64,000 nt of DNA. Origin: an uncultured Alphaproteobacteria bacterium. Its GTDB lineage: Bacteria > Electryoneota > RPQS01. The notes below the pieces were generated by a model, which saw nothing but the letters and a program-made list of their open reading frames with translations, ran no database searches and was not told the DNA's origin. Below, one piece after another: positions 40,621 to 49,840 of this stretch (position 1 is the stretch's first letter; each line of letters starts with the position of its first letter). Both the position numbers and the translations under genes were made by a program. The DNA is taken from contig CAYJKM010000001.1 in NCBI GenBank assembly GCA_964370805.1, forward strand, positions 9,220 through 73,219. The letters are read 5' to 3'.

Positions 40621-42789
40621 CTATTTGACTAAGAGGATCTTTCGAGTTGCTGAGAACTTCTCTGCCGACAAGCAGAGAAAGTAGATTCCGGAGGGGAGAT
40701 TGTCGGCGTCGAAGTTGAGCGCATGATAACCCGGCTCGCGCCATCCCTCGCATAACGAGCGCACGTGCCTGCCGGTGACGTCAAAGAGCGTCAGGCTCAT
40801 GCGACTTGCGCGCGGCAGCGTGAACGAAATCGTGGTGGCGGAATTGAATGGATTGGGGTAGTTCTGATGCAGGATGAAAGCTTCCGGCGCGGGCACAGCA
40901 TCGTTGACACGCAGCAGCGAGTCCCCCGCAATCAGGACGTACGACGAGTGCGCGGAATAGTTGTCGAAGCCGTCCACTCCGGACAGGTAGAACACAATCG
41001 TGTCCCCCTCGAGATTGGCGCTGCCGTTGGCATGCGTATCGGGAAGCAGGAAGTAGTACTCGCCGGAGTACGTCTCCGGATCGGACCAGACATACGAGTA
41101 GCTCGGGGACGAATTCCAAATTGATTCATGACCGAACCAGAGCCAGTGAAGCTGCACCTGTCCCTGGTAATCCACTCCGTCATCGTCGGCATAGAACGCG
41201 CTGAGCACATAGGGGCCGAGCGATTCCGGCGACGTATACATCGTGACATCGCTGATGCGGGGCCCGGCATCGAAGACAGGAAGATGATCGGCAATCGCGT
41301 TCAGTTCGGCAATATCGGCGGCGCCAATCAAAGCCACCGTGAAATCCATGACCTCCCCCGGCGCCAGCACCAGATCCTGCGTCACCGCTCCCCAGCCCAT
41401 TAGCATGCGCCAATCCCCGTACGAATTGGATGCCGGGGAAATCTGGCCGGAAGAAATCAAATTGAATTTGTCCGCGTCCACAGGCGGATCGCCGCCGCTC
41501 ACTCGTTCGAAGTTGGCATAGGTGAATCGTGCGTCGTCCCAGGGGAAAGGCGGCTTGACGACCTTGACCGCGACCAGCCCCGGCCCCGAACCGTCACCAT
41601 CCGTGTTGTCGTCGCACATGACCATCATCCGCCGCTCCGGATCATAGTAGGTGGAGTCATCGAGGGACGCAGCATCGCCGCCTTCGCCTTCGGCTCCGAC
41701 GTCCGCATCCGCAAAGAAGGCGAGATGCACGTTTTCGAGCATCTGGGTGCCCGTGTTTCTCACTCTGAATTCAAGCAGCACGATGTTGCGGCCGAGGTCG
41801 CTGTCCCAAACATACGTAAGCTGATTGACGGTCACGCCGAGCGGATCGTGCGGGTCTTCCGGATCGGGGCTGCTTACCCATTGCGGCTGAATATCATCAT
41901 GATAGACGGCGCGGAATTCCTGCGGCGCGCGCGCGCCGGCGTCTTCGTCTTCGAGGCCATCGCCGTCGTCATCGAATGATTCGAGGCAGCAGTCGCCGTC
42001 ATGGTCGGGATCCAGAGCATCCACCAAGCCGTCATAATCGTTATCGAGAAAATCCGTCGCGATGTTTCCCGCCGGATCTTCATCGATGTGCGGTTCGGGA
42101 TCGTAACCCGCGTCGCCGTCACCGTTGATATCGCCATCCTGAGTGTCTTCATCGATCAAGCCGTCCGCATCGTTGTCGAGGTTATCGGCCGATTCCTCGT
42201 CAATCGTCCCGTCGTCATCGTCATCAAACGAGAGCAGGCCGCCGCCGCGATCGTAATTCTTCGAGGGCAGAAGATCGCCGTTGATGTCGTCGGTTTGAGG
42301 ATTCCAATCGCCGTCGTCATCCTGACCATAAACGCCGAGAACGTAATCATCGTCCTGATGGAATGCAAAGGCATTGGACTGGAACCACCAGTCATCGAAA
42401 TCCGGTATGGCATTTTCGGAGGGAATCGTTCCAATGTGAACCGGATAGAGCTCGTTGGTGCCGTTGTCGCCATCGGTGCCCGTGGAGACATTCGGTTGGC
42501 TATCCACCATGGCGCCAATCCAGATCCCGGCCGAAAAGAGAAAATCGTTGCCGCTGTTGATTGGAAATTCGAACCCCTTGTAGCCCGCCACACCGTTGGG
42601 ATTGCCATATTCACCCCAGTTACTGAGCGTGGTGCGGATGATGCCGACATCGTGTTGAACCAGCGACTTGACGGCATCGGGGTCTACGTCATCGAGCGGC
42701 GCCTGAGAGGGACGTGCCCAGACCGCGAAAGCGAGCAGTAATGCCGCGGCACGCAAGGCTGTTCGGAAGTGTAGATGTGTTGTATTCAT
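40621..42789 (-). CDS. secreted protein with thrombospondin-type-3-like Ca-binding Asp repeats and T9SS CTD
   Basis: ATG 42789 has AGGAA upstream; the ORF reaches a TTG at 42795. Signal peptide ...AALLLAFAVWARPSQA. Acidic repeats DNDADGLIDEDTQDGDINGDGD, DNDYDGLVDALDPDHDGD and DDDGDGLEDED. CTD is NYPNPFNSATTISFTL...SGIYFLCL...KILLVK. Confidence 0.85.
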   Translation of the reverse strand: MNTTHLHFRTALRAAALLLAFAVWARPSQAPLDDVDPDAVKSLVQHDVGIIRTTLSNWGEYGNPNGVAGYKGFEFPINSGNDFLFSAGIWIGAMVDSQPNVSTGTDGDNGTNELYPVHIGTIPSENAIPDFDDWWFQSNAFAFHQDDDYVLGVYGQDDDGDWNPQTDDINGDLLPSKNYDRGGGLLSFDDDDDGTIDEESADNLDNDADGLIDEDTQDGDINGDGDAGYDPEPHIDEDPAGNIATDFLDNDYDGLVDALDPDHDGDCCLESFDDDGDGLEDEDAGARAPQEFRAVYHDDIQPQWVSSPDPEDPHDPLGVTVNQLTYVWDSDLGRNIVLLEFRVRNTGTQMLENVHLAFFADADVGAEGEGGDAASLDDSTYYDPERRMMVMCDDNTDGDGSGPGLVAVKVVKPPFPWDDARFTYANFERVSGGDPPVDADKFNLISSGQISPASNSYGDWRMLMGWGAVTQDLVLAPGEVMDFTVALIGAADIAELNAIADHLPVFDAGPRISDVTMYTSPESLGPYVLSAFYADDDGVDYQGQVQLHWLWFGHESIWNSSPSYSYVWSDPETYSGEYYFLLPDTHANGSANLEGDTIVFYLSGVDGFDNYSAHSSYVLIAGDSLLRVNDAVPAPEAFILHQNYPNPFNSATTISFTLPRASRMSLTLFDVTGRHVRSLCEGWREPGYHALNFDADNLPSGIYFLCLSAEKFSATRKILLVK

Positions 42790-42809
42790 GATCAAGGTTC
42801 CTGCTTAGA

Positions 42810-44786
42810 TCACTTCATCAGAACCATTTTCCGCGTGGCAGAGATGGATCCGCAACGCAGGTGAACGAAGTAGATGCCGGAGGCAAGCGCCGACGCGTCG
42901 AATCGGACGTGATGAGCGCCGGCGGACAGCGGTTCATCCACGACAACGGCGATCTGGCGGCCCAGCACGTCGAACACGCTTAGATTCACCGGGCTTGTTT
43001 GCGGGATCGTGAAGGAAATTTCCGTGACGGAGTTGAACGGGTTCGGGTAATTTTGAGTGAGCTCGAAACTCAAATTCGCTGCAGGCCGCGACGGCGGTGC
43101 AGAAGTCGGCAAGAGCATCAGCGGAACCAGAGTGTCCATGAGTGCGCTGACTTGATCGAAGCGGCAAAAGTAGAGCGGCACGCCGAACACGGCCACGCGG
43201 AAGCCGAGATCGCAGATGTATGCCGCGGGACGGCCTTCAAGCGGGTTCTCGCCGGGATTGTTAACGGTGAGGCGGCCGATCACCGTCGCCTGGGCGCGCG
43301 GATCAAACGTCCATAACCGATCCATGGCCCCGTTCCAAGACGCGGGCAGTTTTGCCGAATCGATCTGACAGGTTGGGAAGCCATTATCACCCGAGAATCC
43401 GGTGGAGTGACGCGGAGCGACGCTGGGATCACGACGTCCAGAGACAGCACAGAGATCACGAAATCCAAAATCAGTGGAATCAAACTCCAGAGAATCGCCG
43501 GACCAACCCAGTGATCCGAAAACGTCCCAGCCCGAGAGGATCAGGCGGCCGCCGCGACTCAGGTATTCATCGAGGACGCGAGTATTGTTATCAAGCATCA
43601 GTTCCGCTTTGTCGTCGGCATGCCAAATGACCATACCGGCGTTCCGGAGGGTGTATGGTGAGACGAATTGGAAAACCGTGTAGTCGTGGTCTCGGTAGTG
43701 ATAGTCAACAAGCACTTCATGATAGAAAGAGTCAGCCTGCGCGTCGTTCGGTACGCCGGGCCCGCCCGGCCCATTACGGGTTTCGTCCACAATGACCAGA
43801 GTATCGGTAAGGGCGAATGCAACGACATGAATGCTCATCGGCCGGATATCTGTGGACACTCCGGCGATATCGCGGGCCATGACTTGAAGCGGATAATCGC
43901 CGGGCGGAATGTCTGCGAAGTTCAGTTCGGGATCAGGGAACCAATCACTCCAGTTTCCCTCTGCATCCCGACAGCGATACGCGTTGATTTCGCCGCGATA
44001 AGGGCTGGCATCAGCATGAAGCGTGAGCGCCATTGCTGCGCCGGAGACAAAGTAAGCGGAGCGATCCGGGTAGATTTCTTCTCCGGCATAGACGCCGGTG
44101 ACGGTTGAGTCCATGATGGGCACGCGATCGGCAAGCACATTGAGCGTACGGCTGATGACTGGGCTGAGTACCTGCCGTGAATCAATGGCACGAAAGTAGA
44201 GCGTGTTCCATTCCAACGTCAACGCGCTGTTTGAAATCAATGTCACATCCTGAGGAAAGAGCCCAAGGGAAGTGTCACAAATCAAAAAGGCCGGAAACGC
44301 CGACCAGTCAGACCACTGGTTGGAATCGTTGACGGCAATGGAGAAGTAGGTCAGGTCTTGATCTTCATCGGACGGGGCGACTGTCATGCGAAAGCCGAAG
44401 CCGACATTCGCGTTGTCGGGCACGCTTCCCGCCGGATCAAAGTCAATGTTCGGCGGCGTACCATAAGGGATCACGGTGACGCTGCCGGACATTTCCGGGA
44501 AATGAACTGCACAATAGTAGGGATAGACGCCCAGCGGCAGAGTGAAGACGTATGCATAGCTCCACGGAGGAGGCGCCGGTTCGCCGCTGGTGAAGTGCGG
44601 CGGCGTGCTCTGCTCCACAACATTGTGCGTGCCGTCAAGATTCGTCCAGACGACGGTATCGCCGTACGCGACGACAAGACTTTCGGGCGCGAAAAAGTTG
44701 CTGCCAAGATAGACTTGCCAGACCGTAGCCGCCGCGGGCGTAAGCAGCGCAAGTGTAATGAGCGACGTCAAGATGAGGCGAAGCAT
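42810..44786 (-). CDS. secreted cupredoxin-domain fusion protein with T9SS CTD
   Basis: AAGGAG SD before ATG 44786. Signal peptide MLRLILTSLITLALLTPAAA. N-terminal plastocyanin-like domain carries candidate type-1 Cu ligands H (DGTHNV) and C, H, M (YYCAVHFPEM). A large unknown middle region follows. CTD is NYPNPFNSVTEISFTI...SGIYFVHL...KMVLMK. Confidence 0.8.
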   Translation of the reverse strand: MLRLILTSLITLALLTPAAATVWQVYLGSNFFAPESLVVAYGDTVVWTNLDGTHNVVEQSTPPHFTSGEPAPPPWSYAYVFTLPLGVYPYYCAVHFPEMSGSVTVIPYGTPPNIDFDPAGSVPDNANVGFGFRMTVAPSDEDQDLTYFSIAVNDSNQWSDWSAFPAFLICDTSLGLFPQDVTLISNSALTLEWNTLYFRAIDSRQVLSPVISRTLNVLADRVPIMDSTVTGVYAGEEIYPDRSAYFVSGAAMALTLHADASPYRGEINAYRCRDAEGNWSDWFPDPELNFADIPPGDYPLQVMARDIAGVSTDIRPMSIHVVAFALTDTLVIVDETRNGPGGPGVPNDAQADSFYHEVLVDYHYRDHDYTVFQFVSPYTLRNAGMVIWHADDKAELMLDNNTRVLDEYLSRGGRLILSGWDVFGSLGWSGDSLEFDSTDFGFRDLCAVSGRRDPSVAPRHSTGFSGDNGFPTCQIDSAKLPASWNGAMDRLWTFDPRAQATVIGRLTVNNPGENPLEGRPAAYICDLGFRVAVFGVPLYFCRFDQVSALMDTLVPLMLLPTSAPPSRPAANLSFELTQNYPNPFNSVTEISFTIPQTSPVNLSVFDVLGRQIAVVVDEPLSAGAHHVRFDASALASGIYFVHLRCGSISATRKMVLMK

Positions 44787-44825
44787 GGTTGCTCCTTGCA
44801 AAAGAAATTCGTCGTTTAGAAGGGA

Positions 44826-44866
44826 GCCGACACGGTGTCGGCTTGTCGACTGAAAGTCGACCCTAC
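44826..44866 (-). repeat. GTAGGG-prefixed double hairpin (REP-B family)
   Basis: Minus strand reads GTAGGG-TCGAC-TTTCA-GTCGA-CAA-GCCGACAC-CG-GTGTCGGC. The TAG of GTAGGG is the stop codon of CDS 44863..47451. Confidence 0.65.
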
Positions 44867-47451
44867 TTCATCAACACGATCTTCCGGGTTGCCGCATAAT
44901 CGCCGGCGGACATGCGGATGAAGTAAATGCCCGACGGCAAAGCGCGGGCGTCGAGCGCGAGCGCATGATAACCCGGTTTGCGCCAATCATCGTACAGCGT
45001 GCGCACGTGCCGGCCGTTCACGTCAAAGAGCGTCAGGCTCATGCGACTTGCGCGCGGCAGCGCAAACGAAATGGTGGTGGCTGGATTGAACGGATTAGGA
45101 TAATTCTGAGCGAGGGTGAATGCCGCGGGGAGCTGCGGATGGTCTGTCGCCGCGTCAGGGAAGCACGAAAACTGAAACGTGTCCGAGGCCCAGGTGCCGG
45201 GAGTGTTGTTATCGGTCGCGCGAACCGTCCAAGAATACGTCACGTACGGCGCCGTAACAAAGAGCACCGTATCGGCGATGCTGTCGGCAACTTGCCATGC
45301 CGTGCTGAGATCTTCGGTCGTGTCCATCCAGACGTCGTAATGCACCGGCTGGAACAAGTCAACATCGAATGACCGGTGCCAGGACACATCCATGCCGCCA
45401 CAATCGAAAATGGAATCACCGTCGGCGGGAAAGATCAGCGTGAAGGGTGTGGGTGGCGTGGCGTAGCCGTGGCCTTCGACGGCCACAGTGAGCAGCGGTT
45501 CATCGGGATCATTACTCGTGATGGTCAGGATTCCCGTGTGCCCGTTTGTATCGGGAGGAGTGTAAAGCACCAGCGTGCTGATGCTGTCGCCGGGAGCGAT
45601 CCAGTAACCTGCGGGGAAGGGCCAATTGACGTCGAAGATGTTGGTGTCGGAGACGACATCGTCAATCAGCAAGTGCCCGGTACCGGCATTCCGGATCTGC
45701 AACCACCATGGCCCGGAAGCGCCGACCGGCCAACCCGTGAAGTCATGAACGGTGTCCGGCAGGAAAACGTCACCGGGCGGGACATCCGCCGTGAGCGACA
45801 AACGGGAGAGCGAGTCGAAGCCGAACGTGCCGTCGCCGATCGAGAATGCCGGAGTAGCTGAAAGTTCCTCTGTATTGAGCATTGACCAGACGCGAAAGCG
45901 CATCGTGTCGCCGGGCGCGAAGCCGGGCAGGCTTTGCGCAGAATCGACCTGCCAACAAGTCACGGTGACCGGCCAGGTCCCAAAGAAGGCCGCCGCGCCA
46001 ACGCACGTGGAATCATCAAAGACGGCGATCTCGTCCGGCACTCTGAATTCATAGTACTCCCAGTGCACGGAATCGACGAATACCGGATAGGAAATCAGAG
46101 TCGGATCGACCGGCACGAAATGTTCTGTTTGGGCGCTCAAGAGATGTCCGGCGGTGATGACGTACGCCACGCCGTTACTTCCGCCGACCACTTCATTGTT
46201 GCCTAATGAGCCAACCTCAATGCTATCGGAGAGAAAGTTCCAGCGGGAGCTGAAGTCGATCCACGTGATGCCGCCATCGAGCGTACGCGAGGTCATCAAG
46301 CTTTCCGGAGTGAACGTTCCCCAGACATTGTGCATCCCGATGCCGTGCAGAGCATCCCAGAAATACGCCTGATTCATGTAAACGAGCGGGCCGATGTCAT
46401 TGAAAGGCCGGGACAGAATCACCATGGTATCCGGGTCGGTCCACCCGCCGCCGCCATAACCGAACTCATCATACGCGTACCACGCCCAGTGATAATCGCC
46501 GAAATTGGGGACTCCCCGGTTGCTGATGACAAACGGAGTGTGATCTGCGGCACGCAGCGCGATCGAAGGATAGCGTTGGGCATAGGTGATGGTCTCAAAC
46601 GAGAAATTTTGACCATGATTGGTCGAAGTGCCGACGCGCACACCGGTGAGATCACTATTGCGAAAACAAATCACCAAAGCATCAACCGCGGGATCGTAGG
46701 CAATCGGCTTGCAGTTGCCGCGGTAATAGCTAACTTCACTTCCGGCCATTTCGGGAAGGGCATTGATGATTCCGGCGCCGCCGGGAGTGGTGGGAAAGCG
46801 CAGCACAAACTGGCTGTAGAAGTTGTCCTGAAACAGCACGAAACACCAGTCTTCGTCATTCAGGTCGGAGATATGCGGGTAGAAGTTAACCCAATTGGGA
46901 GCATTGGGTGTGGCAATGATCCACGGAGTACTCCATGTCGCGCCATTGTCGACGGATTTCGCGCACCAGAAGCGGGCCAGAGACTGCGTGTCCATCCCCG
47001 GAACAATGACGAAGAGATCGCCGTTAGGCGTGCGGCCGATATCGGTCCAACCTCCCTGTGCCGCAATGCCAACAAACTCATTGTTGCCTTCGGGAATCGC
47101 AAGCACCGGCTGAAAATTCGGGCCGGGGAGAGCGTAGATGCCCGGAATCGCGGCCGTCTCGAGATAGACCGAGTAACAGAGCTCGTTGTTGTCCATCACG
47201 CAGGCGCTGAAATCTGCCAGCGGATCCGTGGTCGGAGCGAATTCAGAGAGATCTCCGGCGCGGGTTAGCTCGCTCCACGTCGCACCGTAGTCCGTAGTTT
47301 TGATATAGAGCAGATTGGTGCAAGCGTCATCGAGATGTCCGGACGGCCGAGGGTGACGCACAAGATCGCGTTCATCATCGGCCCTGACCAGGCCTGCACA
47401 GAAAAGTATGATCGCCACGCTGAACGCCGCCCACAGTGTCTTCTGACTCAT
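44863..47451 (-). CDS. large secreted BNR/Asp-box (sialidase-like beta-propeller) protein with Ig-like modules and T9SS CTD
   Basis: GGAGG SD before ATG 47451. Signal peptide MSQKTLWAAFSVAIILFCAGLVRA. Asp-box-like motifs TTDYGATWS, SVDNGATWS, STNHGQNFS and TLDGGITWI. CTD is NYPNPFNPATTISFAL...SGIYFIRM...KIVLMK. Confidence 0.8.
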   Translation of the reverse strand: MSQKTLWAAFSVAIILFCAGLVRADDERDLVRHPRPSGHLDDACTNLLYIKTTDYGATWSELTRAGDLSEFAPTTDPLADFSACVMDNNELCYSVYLETAAIPGIYALPGPNFQPVLAIPEGNNEFVGIAAQGGWTDIGRTPNGDLFVIVPGMDTQSLARFWCAKSVDNGATWSTPWIIATPNAPNWVNFYPHISDLNDEDWCFVLFQDNFYSQFVLRFPTTPGGAGIINALPEMAGSEVSYYRGNCKPIAYDPAVDALVICFRNSDLTGVRVGTSTNHGQNFSFETITYAQRYPSIALRAADHTPFVISNRGVPNFGDYHWAWYAYDEFGYGGGGWTDPDTMVILSRPFNDIGPLVYMNQAYFWDALHGIGMHNVWGTFTPESLMTSRTLDGGITWIDFSSRWNFLSDSIEVGSLGNNEVVGGSNGVAYVITAGHLLSAQTEHFVPVDPTLISYPVFVDSVHWEYYEFRVPDEIAVFDDSTCVGAAAFFGTWPVTVTCWQVDSAQSLPGFAPGDTMRFRVWSMLNTEELSATPAFSIGDGTFGFDSLSRLSLTADVPPGDVFLPDTVHDFTGWPVGASGPWWLQIRNAGTGHLLIDDVVSDTNIFDVNWPFPAGYWIAPGDSISTLVLYTPPDTNGHTGILTITSNDPDEPLLTVAVEGHGYATPPTPFTLIFPADGDSIFDCGGMDVSWHRSFDVDLFQPVHYDVWMDTTEDLSTAWQVADSIADTVLFVTAPYVTYSWTVRATDNNTPGTWASDTFQFSCFPDAATDHPQLPAAFTLAQNYPNPFNPATTISFALPRASRMSLTLFDVNGRHVRTLYDDWRKPGYHALALDARALPSGIYFIRMSAGDYAATRKIVLMK

Positions 47452-47476
47452 GGCTGCCTCCGGGCTGAATTGACCG

Positions 47477-47520
47477 CTAAAACAAGACAGACCTCGCCGA
47501 AGGGCAAGGTCTGTTCGAAT
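47477..47520 (-). promoter_or_regulatory. conserved leader hairpin E2 (terminator-shaped)
   Basis: Minus strand reads ATTCGAACAGACCTTGCCCTTCGGCGAGGTCTGTCTTGTTTTAG. It ends 25 nt before ATG 47451. Homologous to E1. Confidence 0.5.
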
Positions 47521-47626
47521 TGCAGAAGAGAGGAATGGTTGCTTTTGCGGCAAGACTGCTGCCGCCGGCCGAATGCGCTCACGGTAATTCTACCTATGTA
47601 TAGGTCGGCCATACCGACAATATGTG

Positions 47627-47654
47627 AATGTACGCACAAATTTGGAAAAGTCAA
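47627..47654 (-). promoter_or_regulatory. candidate sigma70-type promoter for CDS 44863..47451
   Basis: Minus strand reads TTGACT, 16 nt spacer, TACATT. This implies a leader of about 170 nt that contains E2. Confidence 0.35.
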
Positions 47655-47822
47655 GCAAATTTGCGATTATTTGAATCCTCCCAAGGAGGGAGAATTTTGA
47701 CTCCCTGACGGGTTTATACAGCATCTAATCGTGGGATCGGGCGATGCCACGGCGAGTCTATGCGATCTGCCTCCACGATCCGATTGTCACATCTAACTTA
47801 ACATAGCACAATAGGTAAACAC

Positions 47823-48413
47823 ATGAACTTTCCTGTCCAGGACTTCGGGCCACGGATTCTGCAGCTTGACGGCATCTCGGCCAAAGGCGTCGAGGAACAC
47901 CTCAAACTCTACAAAGGCTACGTCAACAAGTCCAACGAGATCCTCACCAAACTCGAGACCGTGGACCTGTCCACAGCCAATCAGGTCTATAGCGAGGTAC
48001 GAGAGCTCAAGGTCGAACTGAGCTTTGCGCTGGCCGGCAAGCAGAACCACGAACTTTATTTCTCCCACCTCAAGCCCAACGGCGGCCAGCCGACCGGCGA
48101 GGTGCTCAAGCAGATCGAAAAGGATTTCGGAGGTTATGATAAATTTGTCGCGAATCTGAAGGCCTCCGGGATTTCAGCGCGCGGCTGGGCGTGGACCGTG
48201 TGGTTTCCCGAGTTGGGCAAACTCCTGAACTGGGTTGGAGATACGCAGAACACGTACCTGACTTGGAACCTCAAGCCGATTCTCGCGTTGGATGTATATG
48301 AACACGCCTACTTCATGGACTACGGCGTGGATCGCGGCAAATACATTGACGCGTTCATCAATAATCTCGACTGGGACAAGATCGGCGCCAATCTCAGTGC
48401 GGCGCGGTCGTAA
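47823..48413 (+). CDS. Fe/Mn superoxide dismutase family protein (divergent)
   Basis: The four metal-ligand positions are retained: H in GVEEHLKLY, H in KQNHELYF, and D and H in DVYEHAYF. The usual KHH pair is replaced by KLY. Confidence 0.7.
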   Translation: MNFPVQDFGPRILQLDGISAKGVEEHLKLYKGYVNKSNEILTKLETVDLSTANQVYSEVRELKVELSFALAGKQNHELYFSHLKPNGGQPTGEVLKQIEKDFGGYDKFVANLKASGISARGWAWTVWFPELGKLLNWVGDTQNTYLTWNLKPILALDVYEHAYFMDYGVDRGKYIDAFINNLDWDKIGANLSAARS

Positions 48414-48499
48414 GGTTGACCCCTTGGAGAAAAGTGGGTCTTGGTCGAGTACAAATCATAGCTGACTTTACCGTTTGGCTGTATAGCCAAACACTCTGA

Positions 48500-48533
48500 A
48501 AAGCGGTGCGTTGCGGGGCGTGCCGCTTTTTTT
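48500..48533 (+). terminator. intrinsic terminator
   Basis: AAAGCGGTGCG-TTGCGGGG-CGTGCCGCTTT with two G:U pairs, followed by a run of 7 T. Confidence 0.7.
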
Positions 48534-48616
48534 GTGGCTGAAAACCGGGCGAATCTCACTAATTCGCTCCGATTCATTGCTTTTCTTCAGGAAATCCTAT
48601 AATTTAGCGGATTGTT

Positions 48617-49345
48617 ATGGTGCGTAGAATCCTGAACTACAACCGGGACAAGCTGATCACCCGCTATCATGTCGTGCTGATCGTGGTGTTCGCGGCAGTG
48701 TGGACGTGGGCGGCGATCCGGCCCAAGCATCCGGAAGACTGGTTCCTCGAGAACCTGCTCGTGTTTATATTTGTGCCGCTGATCATCGGGGCGGGGCGTT
48801 ACTTCCGGTTCTCGCTGGTTTCCTACACGCTGCTCATGATCTTCATGTGCCTGCACGTGATCGCGTCGCACTACACGTATGCGGAAACGCCCTTCGGCTA
48901 TGATTTGCAGCGGTGGTTCGGCGCCGAGCGCAACTCGTATGATCGAGCGGTGCACTTTCTGTTCGGGCTGCTGTTGGCCTATCCGGTGCGCGAGATCTTT
49001 CTGCGCATTGCGAAGGTGCGCGGGTTCTGGGGCTACTATTTGCCCTTCGACGTGTGTTTGTCGCTCTCGGCGCTCTACGAGATTATCGAGTGGGGCGTAG
49101 CGTCCATTGTTGATCCGAGTGCGGGGACGGCGTTTCTCGGCACGCAGGGCGATGAATGGGACGCGCAGCGCGATATGGCGGCCGCAGGATCGGGCGCACT
49201 GATCTCGATGACGCTGATCATGCTGGTGAATGCGTTCCTTGACAAACACTTTTGGAAAGAGTGGCGCGCGAGTTTCCGCCTGAAGAAAGGAGATCAGCCG
49301 CTGGGGGAAGTGGAGCTGAAACGATTGTTAGAGGGGCCGGATTAA
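48617..49345 (+). CDS. DUF2238 (YjdF-like) inner-membrane protein
   Basis: Multiple TM segments. Motifs PEDWFLENLLVF, HVIASHYTYAETPFG and YDRAVHFLFGLLLAYPVRE. Confidence 0.7.
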   Translation: MVRRILNYNRDKLITRYHVVLIVVFAAVWTWAAIRPKHPEDWFLENLLVFIFVPLIIGAGRYFRFSLVSYTLLMIFMCLHVIASHYTYAETPFGYDLQRWFGAERNSYDRAVHFLFGLLLAYPVREIFLRIAKVRGFWGYYLPFDVCLSLSALYEIIEWGVASIVDPSAGTAFLGTQGDEWDAQRDMAAAGSGALISMTLIMLVNAFLDKHFWKEWRASFRLKKGDQPLGEVELKRLLEGPD

Positions 49346-49368
49346 CTGGAAAACCAGGAATACGATAC

Positions 49369-49751
49369 GGCTCTCGATCACGGCTAACCGCAACGGCTCG
49401 TATCGCCTGCAGGGGCCGGTGATAATTCACTTCGTGGACGGGACGGATATCGCCGGAAATCGCTGCTCACTATGCCGCTGCGGGCAGTCGGCGAACAAGC
49501 CGTACTGTGACAATACACACTTGCGCACGCGATTCCGCGATCCGGGCAGGCTTCAGGAGAATAAACTCGTCGTGGATGATCCCGCGCCGGAGACCTCACG
49601 GCTCTCGATCACCGCCAATCGCAACGGGTCTTTTCGCCTGCAGGGGCCGGTGACAATTCACTTTGTGGACGGGACGGATATCGCTGGAAATCGCTGCTCA
49701 CTGTGCCGCTGCGGGCAATCGAAGAACAAGCCGTTCTGCGATGCGACGCAC
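49369..49751 (+). repeat. tandem duplication encoding two CDGSH modules (period 231 nt)
   Basis: Unit 1 at 49369-49520 and unit 2 at 49600-49751 align base for base, with scattered substitutions (GGCTCTCGATCAC...CTGCAGGGGCCGGTGA.AATTCAC...CGCTGCGGGCA). Confidence 0.85.
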
Positions 49752-49778
49752 AAGGAGATTGGGTTTGCAACCGAATAG
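49419..49778 (+). CDS. double CDGSH iron-sulfur domain protein (5' end unresolved)
   Basis: CRCGQSANKPYCDNTH and CRCGQSKNKPFCDATH. The only canonical start in frame is GTG 49419. Homology to module 2 continues upstream to about 49368, and the frame is open from 49332. Confidence 0.7.
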   Translation: MIIHFVDGTDIAGNRCSLCRCGQSANKPYCDNTHLRTRFRDPGRLQENKLVVDDPAPETSRLSITANRNGSFRLQGPVTIHFVDGTDIAGNRCSLCRCGQSKNKPFCDATHKEIGFATE

Positions 49779-49838
49779 AAGAAAGGATGAAGGCGAAAGG
49801 ATGAAGGATGAAATCGAAGCTTTGAGACCTGAGGCTTG
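49779..49838 (+). repeat. GGATGAAG-type micro-tandem array
   Basis: GAAGAAAGGATGAAGGCGAAAGGATGAAGGATGAAATCGAAGCTTTGAGACCTGAGGCTTGAAATG, between the CDGSH stop and the trpF start. Confidence 0.6.
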
Positions 49839-49840
49839 AA

